Notes: generated by a model from the sequence alone, not told the origin. A stretch of 57,592 nucleotides of DNA from Patescibacteria group bacterium (GCA_038065175.1 JBBTRN010000002.1:1-57592), one strand, 5' to 3'; numbered from the stretch's first letter, positions 14,885 to 23,508 are shown. Made by a program: numbers and translations.

Positions 14885-16225
14885 TTATCTCCCTATCTTC
14901 CTAGTCAGATGTAATTTGATTGGAGTACCATAGAAATCGAGTTCCCTGATTATGGCATTTTCCAAATAGTGTTTAAAGTGGTGGGCAATGGCCGCCGGGA
15001 AGTTGACCAGCAAATCAAAAGTCGGTGGGTTGATGTCAGTCTGTGTTAAACCGAATACTCGGGGGGTTTTTTGGTCCCATAGGCGTTTGGGGGGCTGTTT
15101 TTTCATTATTTTAGCTAAAAATTCCGATATCGTCTGGTTGTCGATTTTTTTATTCCGGCGGTCGGAAATAGGTTTTATGGCTTTTATTGCATCAGCCAAG
15201 CCTTCGTTGGTTAGGGCAGAGACAAAAAATACCGGACACATCCATAAAAAAGGGAAGTGGTGGCTAATGTAATCTTTAAGCGCGCTTTCTTTGCCTTGGT
15301 AAAGATCTATTTTATTGGCAATGACTATACAGCCTTTTTGCATTTGCATAATTTCCTGGGCAATTTTTTTGTCCTGCACCGTTATGTCTTGTGTGGCATC
15401 CAAAACTAAAAAACATACATCGCTCCTTCTTATGGATTTAAATGTCTGGAAGCCGCTGAATACATCGGGCTGGGTTTGTTTGTATTCCTTTTTTTTAAGA
15501 CCGGCTGTGTCAATAAAAGTGTAATTTACGCCGCCAATTATCATTTCATCGTCGACCGATGTCCGTGTGGTGCCCGGCACAGCGGATACGACGGATCGTT
15601 CATCATTCAAAATTTTATTAAACAGGCTCGATTTTCCGACATTGGGTTTACCGACAATGGAAACCGGAATAGTGGGTAGTGGGTAGTGGGTAGTGGGTAG
15701 TTCAGACAGCGGCAGGGGTTTAAGGATTGATGCTATGTATTCAAGCAAATCGCCAATGCCGGCGCCGGTCACAGATGAGATAGGAAAAAAAGGTTTGATG
15801 CCTAGTTTGGCAAAATTCGCCGCTTGCTCGTCGCGCTTGGAAGGCGAGTCCAGCTTGTTGACCGCCAGGATTTTTGGTTTCGCGGTTTTCCGGAATTTAA
15901 TTAAGACTTTTTTATTTATTGCCCCCACCGGCTCTTTGCCGTCTACGACCAAGACAAGGACATCTGCTTCTTTTAAGGCGACATCAATTTGTTTTTGTAC
16001 ATTTTTTTCCAGCTCCCCGCTGGCCGACAGATCCAGACCCGCGGTATCAACCAGCATAAAATCCACGCCGTTAAAAGCCGTCTTTATATACTGCCTGTCG
16101 CGAGTAGTGCCGGCAATTTCGGAAGTGACGGCCAAGTGTTCTTTGGCTATTTTATTTAACAAAGTTGATTTGCCGGCGTTGGGCGGACCCACGAGGGCAA
16201 CAATGGGTAAATTATGATTGACCAT
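14885..16225 (-). CDS. der: Ribosome-associated GTPase Der (EngA)
   Basis: Tandem GTPase domains (GPPNAGKST/DTAG/NKLD and GKPNVGKSS/DTAG/NKID) plus a KH-like C-terminus. Confidence 0.9.
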   Translation of the reverse strand: MVNHNLPIVALVGPPNAGKSTLLNKIAKEHLAVTSEIAGTTRDRQYIKTAFNGVDFMLVDTAGLDLSASGELEKNVQKQIDVALKEADVLVLVVDGKEPVGAINKKVLIKFRKTAKPKILAVNKLDSPSKRDEQAANFAKLGIKPFFPISSVTGAGIGDLLEYIASILKPLPLSELPTTHYPLPTIPVSIVGKPNVGKSSLFNKILNDERSVVSAVPGTTRTSVDDEMIIGGVNYTFIDTAGLKKKEYKQTQPDVFSGFQTFKSIRRSDVCFLVLDATQDITVQDKKIAQEIMQMQKGCIVIANKIDLYQGKESALKDYISHHFPFLWMCPVFFVSALTNEGLADAIKAIKPISDRRNKKIDNQTISEFLAKIMKKQPPKRLWDQKTPRVFGLTQTDINPPTFDLLVNFPAAIAHHFKHYLENAIIRELDFYGTPIKLHLTRKIGR

Positions 16226-16292
16226 GATTGACCATGATTGCCAAGCATTAAATCTTGGTCAATCTTATTTAATCTTACTTAATCTTGTTCAA

Positions 16293-17786
16293 TTAGTTGT
16301 TTTTTCCCAAAATAACTACAATATCCACCTTGCTTGGGTCGGCATTAACCCCTGGCGGGGGAAGAGTGAGCACTTTGGCATTTAAAATATTTTTTATGAA
16401 TTCCAATGTGGCCGGTTTTGGGTTGGCCTGAAAGGCTATAGTTTGGGGAAAATCGTCTTTACTGTAATCCAATCGCCAAACAGTCAGTCCGGCTTCCTTC
16501 AGCAAACTTTCCGCTTGTTTGAGCCTGCTTGGGTTTTGGGTGGAATCGCCCAGCCAAATTGTGGCTTTTTCCTGGCTTAGCTTGCCTAAAACAAAAGAGT
16601 TTTTAAAAAAACTTTGAATGTCATTGTATGTTTTGCCCGCGCAGGGGATTAAAATATAGCCTGCGGTTTCATGGGTTGTGGGGCACACCAGCCCGGTTTC
16701 CAAACCGAGATTCAAAGAGAGGAAAGTTTGGATATTTTGTTCTTTGGCCAGGTTGTAAAGGCGAAAAATTTCTCCCGGGCTTAGATTGGTGTGGAAATTA
16801 TTTGCAAAAATTCCCAGTAAAGTGTTAATCCTGCCCAGGTTAGTAAGCAGGTTGATTTCCAGAAGCTTGTCTTTAAACGCTTTTATGACTTTTTGCTGTC
16901 TAAGGCCGCGCGTAAAATCACTGCCTTCATTGTTATTGCCGTGGCGTGAACGCGCGAACTGCAGGGCGCGGGTTCCGTCCATATGCTCTTTGCCTTTTTC
17001 AAAGACCACGGGCGGCAGGTATCCTAATTTTTCGTTCGGAAATTGGGCGTCCGCGAAACTGTTTTCCACGGTAATATCCAGTCCGCCAATTTCATCTACC
17101 GCCATTTTAAAGCCCGCAAAATCTATGACCGCAAAGTACGGAATGGTTTGCCCGGAAAGCCTCTCTGTGGCCATGGCTGCCCAACGGCCGGCAGTATTGA
17201 AATCTTTGGTGCGGGCAATGCCTTCCGCAAAGACCGTATTTATTTTCCTTTCGCCCAAGTTATTCGGCAATTCGGCGAGCATGTCCCTGGGTATGGAAAC
17301 AAACGAGACTTCAGATGTTTTTGGGAGGATTTGCGCCAGTATAATGGTGTCGGTTAAGTAGGGTCCTTCGTGTCCGGGGCCGCCAATGCCGAGCAAAAGT
17401 ATATTTATTTTTCCTTGATTTTCCCCAAGTAGGGTGACTTTGCCTGTAGCGCCCCTAAGCGTTTCCCAAACTTTGCCAAAGAAAGTGGTTTTTTTCCCTG
17501 CGAAAATTTTTTCCGACAATATGGCAGTGCGGTTAATGGCCAGTGCGCCCAAAAATAAAATTGCCGCAAGCAGAATAAAAAATATCCATTTTAGTATGGA
17601 CTTGTTTTTTTTACTTTTCGCACTTCCCCCGCCGGGTTCTGTAAACTGCTGGGCGGACAACAACCTTCCGGGGTTTTTTAATATGCTAACTTTAGTGTCC
17701 GACCCATGGGGGGCATTTTGGATTTTTGGTGGCTGAAAATCCGAGTTTTTATTATTTGACGACGCTGAATCAAGATTTTTTACCAT
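16293..17786 (-). CDS. LytR-CpsA-Psr (LCP) family protein
   Basis: N-terminal TM helix, NILLLGIGGPGHEGPYLTDTIILAQI, VSIPRDM and RSRHG motifs, plus a C-terminal LytR_C-like region. Confidence 0.8.
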   Translation of the reverse strand: MVKNLDSASSNNKNSDFQPPKIQNAPHGSDTKVSILKNPGRLLSAQQFTEPGGGSAKSKKNKSILKWIFFILLAAILFLGALAINRTAILSEKIFAGKKTTFFGKVWETLRGATGKVTLLGENQGKINILLLGIGGPGHEGPYLTDTIILAQILPKTSEVSFVSIPRDMLAELPNNLGERKINTVFAEGIARTKDFNTAGRWAAMATERLSGQTIPYFAVIDFAGFKMAVDEIGGLDITVENSFADAQFPNEKLGYLPPVVFEKGKEHMDGTRALQFARSRHGNNNEGSDFTRGLRQQKVIKAFKDKLLEINLLTNLGRINTLLGIFANNFHTNLSPGEIFRLYNLAKEQNIQTFLSLNLGLETGLVCPTTHETAGYILIPCAGKTYNDIQSFFKNSFVLGKLSQEKATIWLGDSTQNPSRLKQAESLLKEAGLTVWRLDYSKDDFPQTIAFQANPKPATLEFIKNILNAKVLTLPPPGVNADPSKVDIVVILGKNN

Positions 17787-17793
17787 AAGGCGG

Positions 17794-17957
17794 AGAACCT
17801 ATTTTAAAAATCCTTCTTGGCTGCAATTGCAGATTTTCGGCCATTCGGCCAAAAAAATTTATCCGCTTAACTTTCAGTTAAACATCAAAATTTATTTTGC
17901 CCGACTTGCTCGAAAATTTGCAATTTCGCCTAAAAATTATTTTTTAAAATAGGTTCT
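17794..17957. other. 164-nt long-hairpin element (perfect 17-nt terminal inverted repeats agaacctattttaaaaa) with a conserved apex motif
   Basis: The arms are imperfectly complementary over about 55 nt. The apex at 17851-17899 recurs at 30204-30252. Either a MITE or a structured RNA. Confidence 0.6.
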
Positions 17958-18254
17958 TAGGTATTATACTCAATTAAAGCTATTGCATCAATGAGGTTCG
18001 AATGATATGATTTAGCTCGTTAGGGGTTAAATTGAAATATTTTGGCGCAAAGTTTACATTACGGCGTTCTGTTCATTCACCCCGTTGAATATTCGGCCAC
18101 TTAGTTCAGTCTTGCCCCGCACGAATTTCCCTACATTTGGTTTATCTATAAATTTACAATTGCCGCAAAGACAATATTGATCAGTTTCATTAGTTAAGGA
18201 AATTGGTGCGGGGTGAAGTTAGAGCGCGCCGTTCATTCACCCCGTTGAATATTT

Positions 18255-18455
18255 GGACTCGTAGCTCAGTCTTGCCCCGTTAAATATTTATGGTCGCATA
18301 GCTCAGTTGGTTAGAGCGTTGCATTCACATTGCAAAGGCCCCTGGTTCGAGTCCAGGTGCGATCACCATAATTGCGACCATATTTAACGGGGTGAAGTTA
18401 GAGCGTTCGATTCACATTCAAAAGGTCAGAGGTTCAAATCCTCTCGAGTCCACCA
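18255..18455 (+). other. Split tRNA-like gene (Val-CAC-like) whose D-loop is interrupted by 126 nt that contain an intact tRNA-Val
   Basis: The 5' part GGACTCG TA GCTC AGT (18255-18270) and the 3' part GTTA GAGC G TTCGA TTCACAT TCAAA AGGTC AGAGG TTCAAAT CCTCT CGAGTCC A CCA (18397-18455) join into a cloverleaf with one C-A mismatch in the anticodon stem. Confidence 0.45.
18292..18368 (+). tRNA. tRNA-Val (anticodon CAC), CCA encoded
   Basis: Hand-folded: GGTCGCA/TGCGATC acceptor, GCTC/GAGC D stem, TTGCA-TTCACAT-TGCAA anticodon arm, CCTGG-TTCGAGT-CCAGG T arm, then ACCA. Confidence 0.85.
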
Positions 18456-18565
18456 AGTCTAACGGGGCAGGTAGTTGATGGCTCGTTTGGGTCTGCCTTA
18501 GGGCTTGACCGATTGGATATTATAGGTAAAATATATGCACAGTAATTATAAACTGGTTTTTAAAA

Positions 18566-19159
18566 ATGGAAACAGAGCCAAACCAAAACCAATCATCTAA
18601 ATTTTCAGCCGTGAAAGGTTTTTTTTGGGACTTAACAAAAATTTTGGCATGGTCTTTGTTGATTATTATCCCTTTCAGGCTTTTTATTGCCGAGCCGTTC
18701 GTTGTAAGTGGTTCTTCCATGGTGCCAAATTTCCACAATAAGGATTATTTAATTATAGACAGAATTTCCTACCGGAAGAGCGAGCCCGCAAGAGGGGATG
18801 TGGTGGTAATAAAATACCCAAAAGACAATAAGCAATATTTTATTAAAAGAATTATTGCTTTGCCCGGTGAAACCGTAGAGTTAAAAAATGGCGAAGTATT
18901 TATTGTAAATAAACAGGAGCCGCTAGGATTTGAAATAAATGAAAGTTATTTGTCAAAAAATATCCAGACTTTGGGCAGGGCCGGACCGGTAACCTTGGGA
19001 AGTGGCGAATATTATGTATTTGGCGATAACCGCACAGCTTCCTCAGATTCCCGAGTTTGGGGAATTTTGCCCAAAAAAAATATTGTCGGACGGGTTTGGC
19101 TCAGAGTTTTTCCGCTTGGGGATTTCGGCTTCATTAAAACGCCAACATATAGCAAGTAG
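18566..19159 (+). CDS. lepB: Signal peptidase I
   Basis: N-terminal TM helix, VSGSSMVPNF (catalytic Ser), FIKRIIALPGE (catalytic Lys box) and GDNRTASSDSR. Confidence 0.85.
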   Translation: METEPNQNQSSKFSAVKGFFWDLTKILAWSLLIIIPFRLFIAEPFVVSGSSMVPNFHNKDYLIIDRISYRKSEPARGDVVVIKYPKDNKQYFIKRIIALPGETVELKNGEVFIVNKQEPLGFEINESYLSKNIQTLGRAGPVTLGSGEYYVFGDNRTASSDSRVWGILPKKNIVGRVWLRVFPLGDFGFIKTPTYSK

Positions 19160-19228
19160 TAGGTAGCATTTAGTAAGTAGCCAGCAGTTTTGCTAAACGC
19201 TACTTACTAAGTGCTAAAAGCTAAAAAT

Positions 19229-20533
19229 ATGGGAAGACCAAAAAAATTTTTTTCAGGCTCCGGAACTCAAAGCACAGTTAAGAAGATTTCGGCGTTGCCC
19301 GATAGTTTTGATGTAAATACAGGGACCGACCTTTTTTGGGATGCGCTTTTAAAACGTTTTTCAAAAATCGCCAGAGTCTATGGGTTTTCCAGAGTTGAAA
19401 CTCCGGCTGTTGAAGATGCACGGTTGTTTAAGGCTTTTTACGGGCAAAATAGCGCTAAATATGATTCTTTGGTTGTTTTGCCCTGGCACGGCCTTTTGGA
19501 GGCCGCCCTCAGGCCTACCCAGTTGCCCGGAATTTTAAGGAATTTTTCCCACCAAAAGTTCGAGGATGCTCCCTCTCTCCACAAGTGGCACTATGGAGGG
19601 TTTACTTATAAAAAAGATTTTGCCGGCAAGCCTTTTTTGGATTATGAATTGGGATGTGAGATTTTGGGGCAATTTAACCATTTGAATGAAGCCCAGGTAA
19701 TAGCCGCGGCCTGGGAATTTTTCAGCGGATTTGAGCTTGAGGGTTTAATTTTAGAGATAAACAATTTAGGCAGCCAGGAATGCCAAGAGCGCTATGCTGG
19801 AGTGTTAGTAGACGCATTGCTACCCAAAAAGTATGACCTGTGCGATAATTGTAACGAACTCTTAACCTACCGCCCCTTGGGAGTGTTTGCCTGCGAAAAC
19901 CTGGATTGCCAGGCAGCCGCGGCGGAAAGCCCCACCATTTTAGATTTTCTTGACCAGGATTCCCATAAGGATTTTACCAATGTGCTTGAGGCTTTAGATG
20001 AAATGAATATTATTTATCAGCTTAATCCCTTCTATGTCGGAAAACAGTCCAGTGAAAAAACAACTTTTTCCGTAAAATATAAATTTGGGGAAAAGATGGT
20101 AAGCTTGGTAGAAGGAGGCTACCATCAAAGCTCGGGTTATGGCTCTTTCAACAAAAATTTTGCTGCGTTCGGATTTTTTGGAAGTTTAATGCTTTTAAAA
20201 AAGATCCTAAAAGACGGGCCTCTAGTTGTGGAAAGGCAAATTTTAAGCGAGGTCTGTCTGGTACCGTTAGGAGAACTTGCGGCAAAGCGAAGTTTGAGAC
20301 TTTTTCGCGACTTAACGGCACATAAAATTTTAGTTTACGACCATTTTGGTTTAAGCGGGGTAAAAAATCAGCTAAAGGTAGCCTTGGACAATAAAGTGCC
20401 AATTGCCTTAATTATGGGGCAAAAAGAGGCAATGGACGAAATGGTTATACTGCGCGACGTTAAATCCGGTATGCAAGAAATCATTTCTTATGATAAGATA
20501 GTAGAAGAGGTAAAAAAGAGGCTGGGTAAATAG
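19229..20533 (+). CDS. Histidyl-tRNA synthetase-like class II aaRS paralogue with degenerate catalytic motifs
   Basis: Colinear with HisRS: N-terminal YGFSRVETPAVE, LRPT, a CxxC..C..C insertion and a C-terminal anticodon-binding-like domain. The FRYERPQ/GR.R.F, LDYY and GGGRYD blocks are replaced by FTYKKDF/GKPFLDY, GKQSS and EGGYHQ. Confidence 0.55.
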   Translation: MGRPKKFFSGSGTQSTVKKISALPDSFDVNTGTDLFWDALLKRFSKIARVYGFSRVETPAVEDARLFKAFYGQNSAKYDSLVVLPWHGLLEAALRPTQLPGILRNFSHQKFEDAPSLHKWHYGGFTYKKDFAGKPFLDYELGCEILGQFNHLNEAQVIAAAWEFFSGFELEGLILEINNLGSQECQERYAGVLVDALLPKKYDLCDNCNELLTYRPLGVFACENLDCQAAAAESPTILDFLDQDSHKDFTNVLEALDEMNIIYQLNPFYVGKQSSEKTTFSVKYKFGEKMVSLVEGGYHQSSGYGSFNKNFAAFGFFGSLMLLKKILKDGPLVVERQILSEVCLVPLGELAAKRSLRLFRDLTAHKILVYDHFGLSGVKNQLKVALDNKVPIALIMGQKEAMDEMVILRDVKSGMQEIISYDKIVEEVKKRLGK

Positions 20534-20637
20534 TATTATTGACAAAAATTAAAAAAATAATAAAAATGACAAAAATAGGAAGCGGTAAATTTTGCTTCCG
20601 CCTTTGGCGGATCATTTATGTCATTTTTGCTCATTTA
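20534..20637. repeat. TGACAAAA-rich palindromic element, copy A
   Basis: tattattgacaaaaatt...aaaaatgacaaaaat...atttatgtcatttttgctcattt. It ends 4 nt before the HIT start codon. Confidence 0.75.
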
Positions 20638-20641
20638 AGTT

Positions 20642-20977
20642 ATGGACGATTGCGTATTTTGTAACATTGTCAACAAAGCCATTGAATCCAAAATAGAGTT
20701 TGAGGATGAGGGCTTGATAGTAATCCGGGATATTTTACCCAAAGCCCCGGTGCATCTTTTGGTAATACCCAAAAAGCACATAGTGTCCGTTAACCATATG
20801 AAAGAGGCTGACAAAGCCTTGGTTGGGCAGATGGTATTTGTGGCGAGCCTAATGGCTGAAAAGTTTGGAATCGCGGAAACCGGGTATAAATTGGTTTTTA
20901 ATGTCGGGCGGGATGGCGGGATGGTAGTGCCACATTTGCATTTACATTTAATGGGCGGAAAGAACTTGGGGGAATAG
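20642..20977 (+). CDS. HIT family (histidine triad) nucleotide hydrolase
   Basis: CVFCNI N-terminus and the HLHLHLMGG triad. Confidence 0.85.
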   Translation: MDDCVFCNIVNKAIESKIEFEDEGLIVIRDILPKAPVHLLVIPKKHIVSVNHMKEADKALVGQMVFVASLMAEKFGIAETGYKLVFNVGRDGGMVVPHLHLHLMGGKNLGE

Positions 20978-21070
20978 CTTTAGTAAACCGATAATAAGTA
21001 ATTTATAACTAATAACTCTGGTTTTGAGGGTTATAGGTTATCAATTATTAGTTATTAGTTTTTTGTTTGT

Positions 21071-21099
21071 TTGACTAAATCAGACAAATTTTATATAAT
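21071..21099 (+). promoter_or_regulatory. Candidate sigma70 promoter for rpsU (TTGACT-17-TATAAT)
   Basis: ttgact at 21071-21076, a 17-nt spacer, tataat at 21094-21099. Confidence 0.5.
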
Positions 21100-21150
21100 C
21101 AATAGGAAATATTAACTATTTTTGAAATTTGAAAGACGAGGTGAATTTAA

Positions 21151-21390
21151 GTGGTAGAAGTTAAAAAGAAAGACGGTGAATCCTTTGAATCGCTCCTAAG
21201 ACGTTTTAGCCGCAAGATCCAGCAAAGCGGGGTGCTTATACGCGCCCGCAGAATCCGTTTTCATACTCCGGAAAAGAGCAGAAATTTGCAGAAAGTCGCG
21301 GCGCGTAGAAGGGCGAAAAACAAAGCTGAAAGGGAAGAACTAAAGAAATTAGGCAAACTATTGCCGGTAAAAAGGTACGGGAGAAGGTAG
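21151..21390 (+). CDS. rpsU: 30S ribosomal protein bS21
   Basis: GTG start after gaggtg. ESFESLLRRFSRKIQQSGVL...RFHTPEKSR and the basic tail are typical of S21. Confidence 0.85.
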   Translation: MVEVKKKDGESFESLLRRFSRKIQQSGVLIRARRIRFHTPEKSRNLQKVAARRRAKNKAEREELKKLGKLLPVKRYGRR

Positions 21391-21490
21391 TATTAATGAC
21401 AAAAATTAAAAAAATGACAAAATTGACAAATTTTTTTTCTGCAGTTTATTTTTGTTCATTCCCGTCGTTTTTGTCATTTTTGTTCATTTA
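21391..21490. repeat. TGACAAAA-rich palindromic element, copy B
   Basis: Its reverse complement is nearly colinear with copy E (54031-54115). It ends 4 nt before the yqeY-like start. Confidence 0.8.
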
Positions 21491-21494
21491 GTCA

Positions 21495-21935
21495 ATGTTA
21501 TCACTTTCGCAAATCGAACAAGACCTAACGGCCGCGATGAAAGCTAAGGATCAGTTGTCGGTTGATGTTTTGCGTGGTTTAAAATCGCGCGTTCAAAATG
21601 AAAAAATTTTAAAGATGCGGGATATATCCGAGGAAGATATTTTGGGATTGGTAAGGTCAGAAATAAAAAAACGCAAAGAAGCATCGGAAAGCTTTAAAAG
21701 CGGCGGTCGGACCGAATTGTCCGACAAGGAATTGAAAGAGGCGGAAATTTTGGGAAAGTATTTGCCCGCACAAATGGGCGAAGCTGATTTAATAAAGATT
21801 TTGGAAGCAGTTATCCAAGAAGGGTCTTTTACCGCCCAGGATTTTGGCAAAGCCATGGGGGCGGTAAAAGCCAAGGTCGGCAACGCGGCCGAAGGCGGGA
21901 CATTAGCTAAGTTGTTGAAAGAAAAACTAAAATAG
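21495..21935 (+). CDS. GatB/YqeY domain protein
   Basis: AMKAKDQLSVDVLRGLKS, EIKKRKEASESF and YLPAQM blocks are typical of the YqeY family. Confidence 0.8.
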   Translation: MLSLSQIEQDLTAAMKAKDQLSVDVLRGLKSRVQNEKILKMRDISEEDILGLVRSEIKKRKEASESFKSGGRTELSDKELKEAEILGKYLPAQMGEADLIKILEAVIQEGSFTAQDFGKAMGAVKAKVGNAAEGGTLAKLLKEKLK

Positions 21936-22015
21936 CAGTTAGCATCTAGCGTTTAGTTGGTAGCCAGGAAAATTTTTTGGCTAAACGCTACTTACTACCA
22001 GCTACTGGCTAGAGT

Positions 22016-23275
22016 ATGGCTAAGGGATCATACATAACAGGCCTTGACATCGGCACCGCTTACATTCGCGCTGTGCAGGGAAAGTTTACCCAAGAAACAG
22101 GGGAGCCTTTAAGCATTATTGGCGCAAGTGAAGTTATTAGCCAGGGTCTTAGAAAAGGTGTGCTTATAGACATTGAGGAAGCCGTTTCCTGCATTTCCCA
22201 GGCAATTGAGAAAATTGAAAGGATGACCGGAGTAGGGGTAACTTCCGTGAATGTATCGGTTTCCGGTAACCATATTTCTACTTTGCCCAGCCATGGGGTG
22301 ATTGCTGTTTCCAGGGCTGACGGCGAAATAACCGAAGCCGATGTGGTGAGGTGTATAGATGCCAGCCAGGCAATTTCCGTGCCCCAGAACCGGGAAATTT
22401 TGCATGTCTTCCCTAAGAATTTTACGCTCGATGGTCAGAGCGGAATAAAAGACCCCCATGGCATGAGCGGCGTCCGACTGGAGGTAGACACATTAATCGT
22501 CCAGGCCGGCTTGCCGTTTGTAAAAAATTTAACCCGTTCGGTTTCCCAGGCTGGTTTGGAAATCGGTGATTTGGTTTTATCGCCGCTCGCTACCGGCGAA
22601 GCGGTTTTGAGCAAGAGGCAAAAAGATTTGGGCGTTTGCGTGGTAGACTTGGGCGCGGGCACGACATCACTAGCGGTTTACGAAGAAGGGGAGCTTTTGC
22701 ATGCCGGCGTAATCCCCGTGGGCGGACAGCACATTACCAACGATTTAGCGATAGGCTTAAGATCATCTATTGAAGTGGCGGAAAAAGTAAAATTGATGTT
22801 CGGGCATTCGGACATTAAAGCCGTGGGCAAGAATGAGGAAATCCAATTAAGCCAATTTGAACCGGGCGAAACAGATTCCGTAATGCGGCATTATGCGGTG
22901 GAGATTATCCAGGCGCGGTTGGAGGAAATTTTTGACCTGGTGGCTAAGGAGCTTAAAAATATCGGCCGTGACGGCAAACTGCCGGCCGGCGTGGTTTTGA
23001 CCGGCGGGGGTAGCCGTTTGCCGAATGTGGTTGAATTTGCCAAAAAGCATTTGCGTTTGCCCGCGTCTTTGGGCAAAAGTCAGGGCATAAACACTGTAAT
23101 CGACAAGGTAGATGACCCGGGTTTTGCCACAGCTTTAGGTTTGGTTTTATGGGGTCAAAAATACGGGCAGGGACATAGCTTTAGCGCGGGGAGCATATTT
23201 TCTTCGGTAAAAAGAATGTTTGCGCACCCGGCAATGGAAAAAGCCAAGAAGTGGTTGAAATCTTTTATGCCGTAA
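22016..23275 (+). CDS. ftsA: Cell division protein FtsA
   Basis: Actin-fold phosphate motifs GLDIGTAYI, VVDLGAGTTSLAV and VLTGGGSRL. Length is 419 aa. Confidence 0.85.
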   Translation: MAKGSYITGLDIGTAYIRAVQGKFTQETGEPLSIIGASEVISQGLRKGVLIDIEEAVSCISQAIEKIERMTGVGVTSVNVSVSGNHISTLPSHGVIAVSRADGEITEADVVRCIDASQAISVPQNREILHVFPKNFTLDGQSGIKDPHGMSGVRLEVDTLIVQAGLPFVKNLTRSVSQAGLEIGDLVLSPLATGEAVLSKRQKDLGVCVVDLGAGTTSLAVYEEGELLHAGVIPVGGQHITNDLAIGLRSSIEVAEKVKLMFGHSDIKAVGKNEEIQLSQFEPGETDSVMRHYAVEIIQARLEEIFDLVAKELKNIGRDGKLPAGVVLTGGGSRLPNVVEFAKKHLRLPASLGKSQGINTVIDKVDDPGFATALGLVLWGQKYGQGHSFSAGSIFSSVKRMFAHPAMEKAKKWLKSFMP

Positions 23276-23455
23276 AGCGCCTTAAGTAAGCAAAAAATTA
23301 AGAAAATTTATAAACTTTAAAAGTTGACTGGAAATGTTGACGAGAGCAGAAAAGGGGTGAAATTTAGGGATGGATGAAATCGGGACGGAAGGAAGGTTTA
23401 AGTTTTTTATGCTTTATTGAAATAAAATAACACCCTTATTCGAGTATTTTTATAC

Positions 23456-23508
23456 AAAAAAAAGAAGGGACGATGGGCAGGCTGGTTGGCCGTTTCATCG
23501 TCCTCTTC
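23456..23508 (-). terminator. Rho-independent terminator of the high-GC minus-strand operon
   Basis: On the minus strand: gaagaggacgatg ... catcgtcccttc followed by T8. It marks the left edge of the GC-rich island. Confidence 0.65.

Noticed and set aside
18397-18455. The tRNA-like 3' end considered as part of a tmRNA or a permuted tmRNA.
   Set aside because: It has a normal anticodon arm and a D-arm remnant rather than a tag-peptide reading frame and pseudoknots. The matching 5' acceptor strand lies 126 nt upstream and carries a D-stem, so this is tRNA-like architecture.
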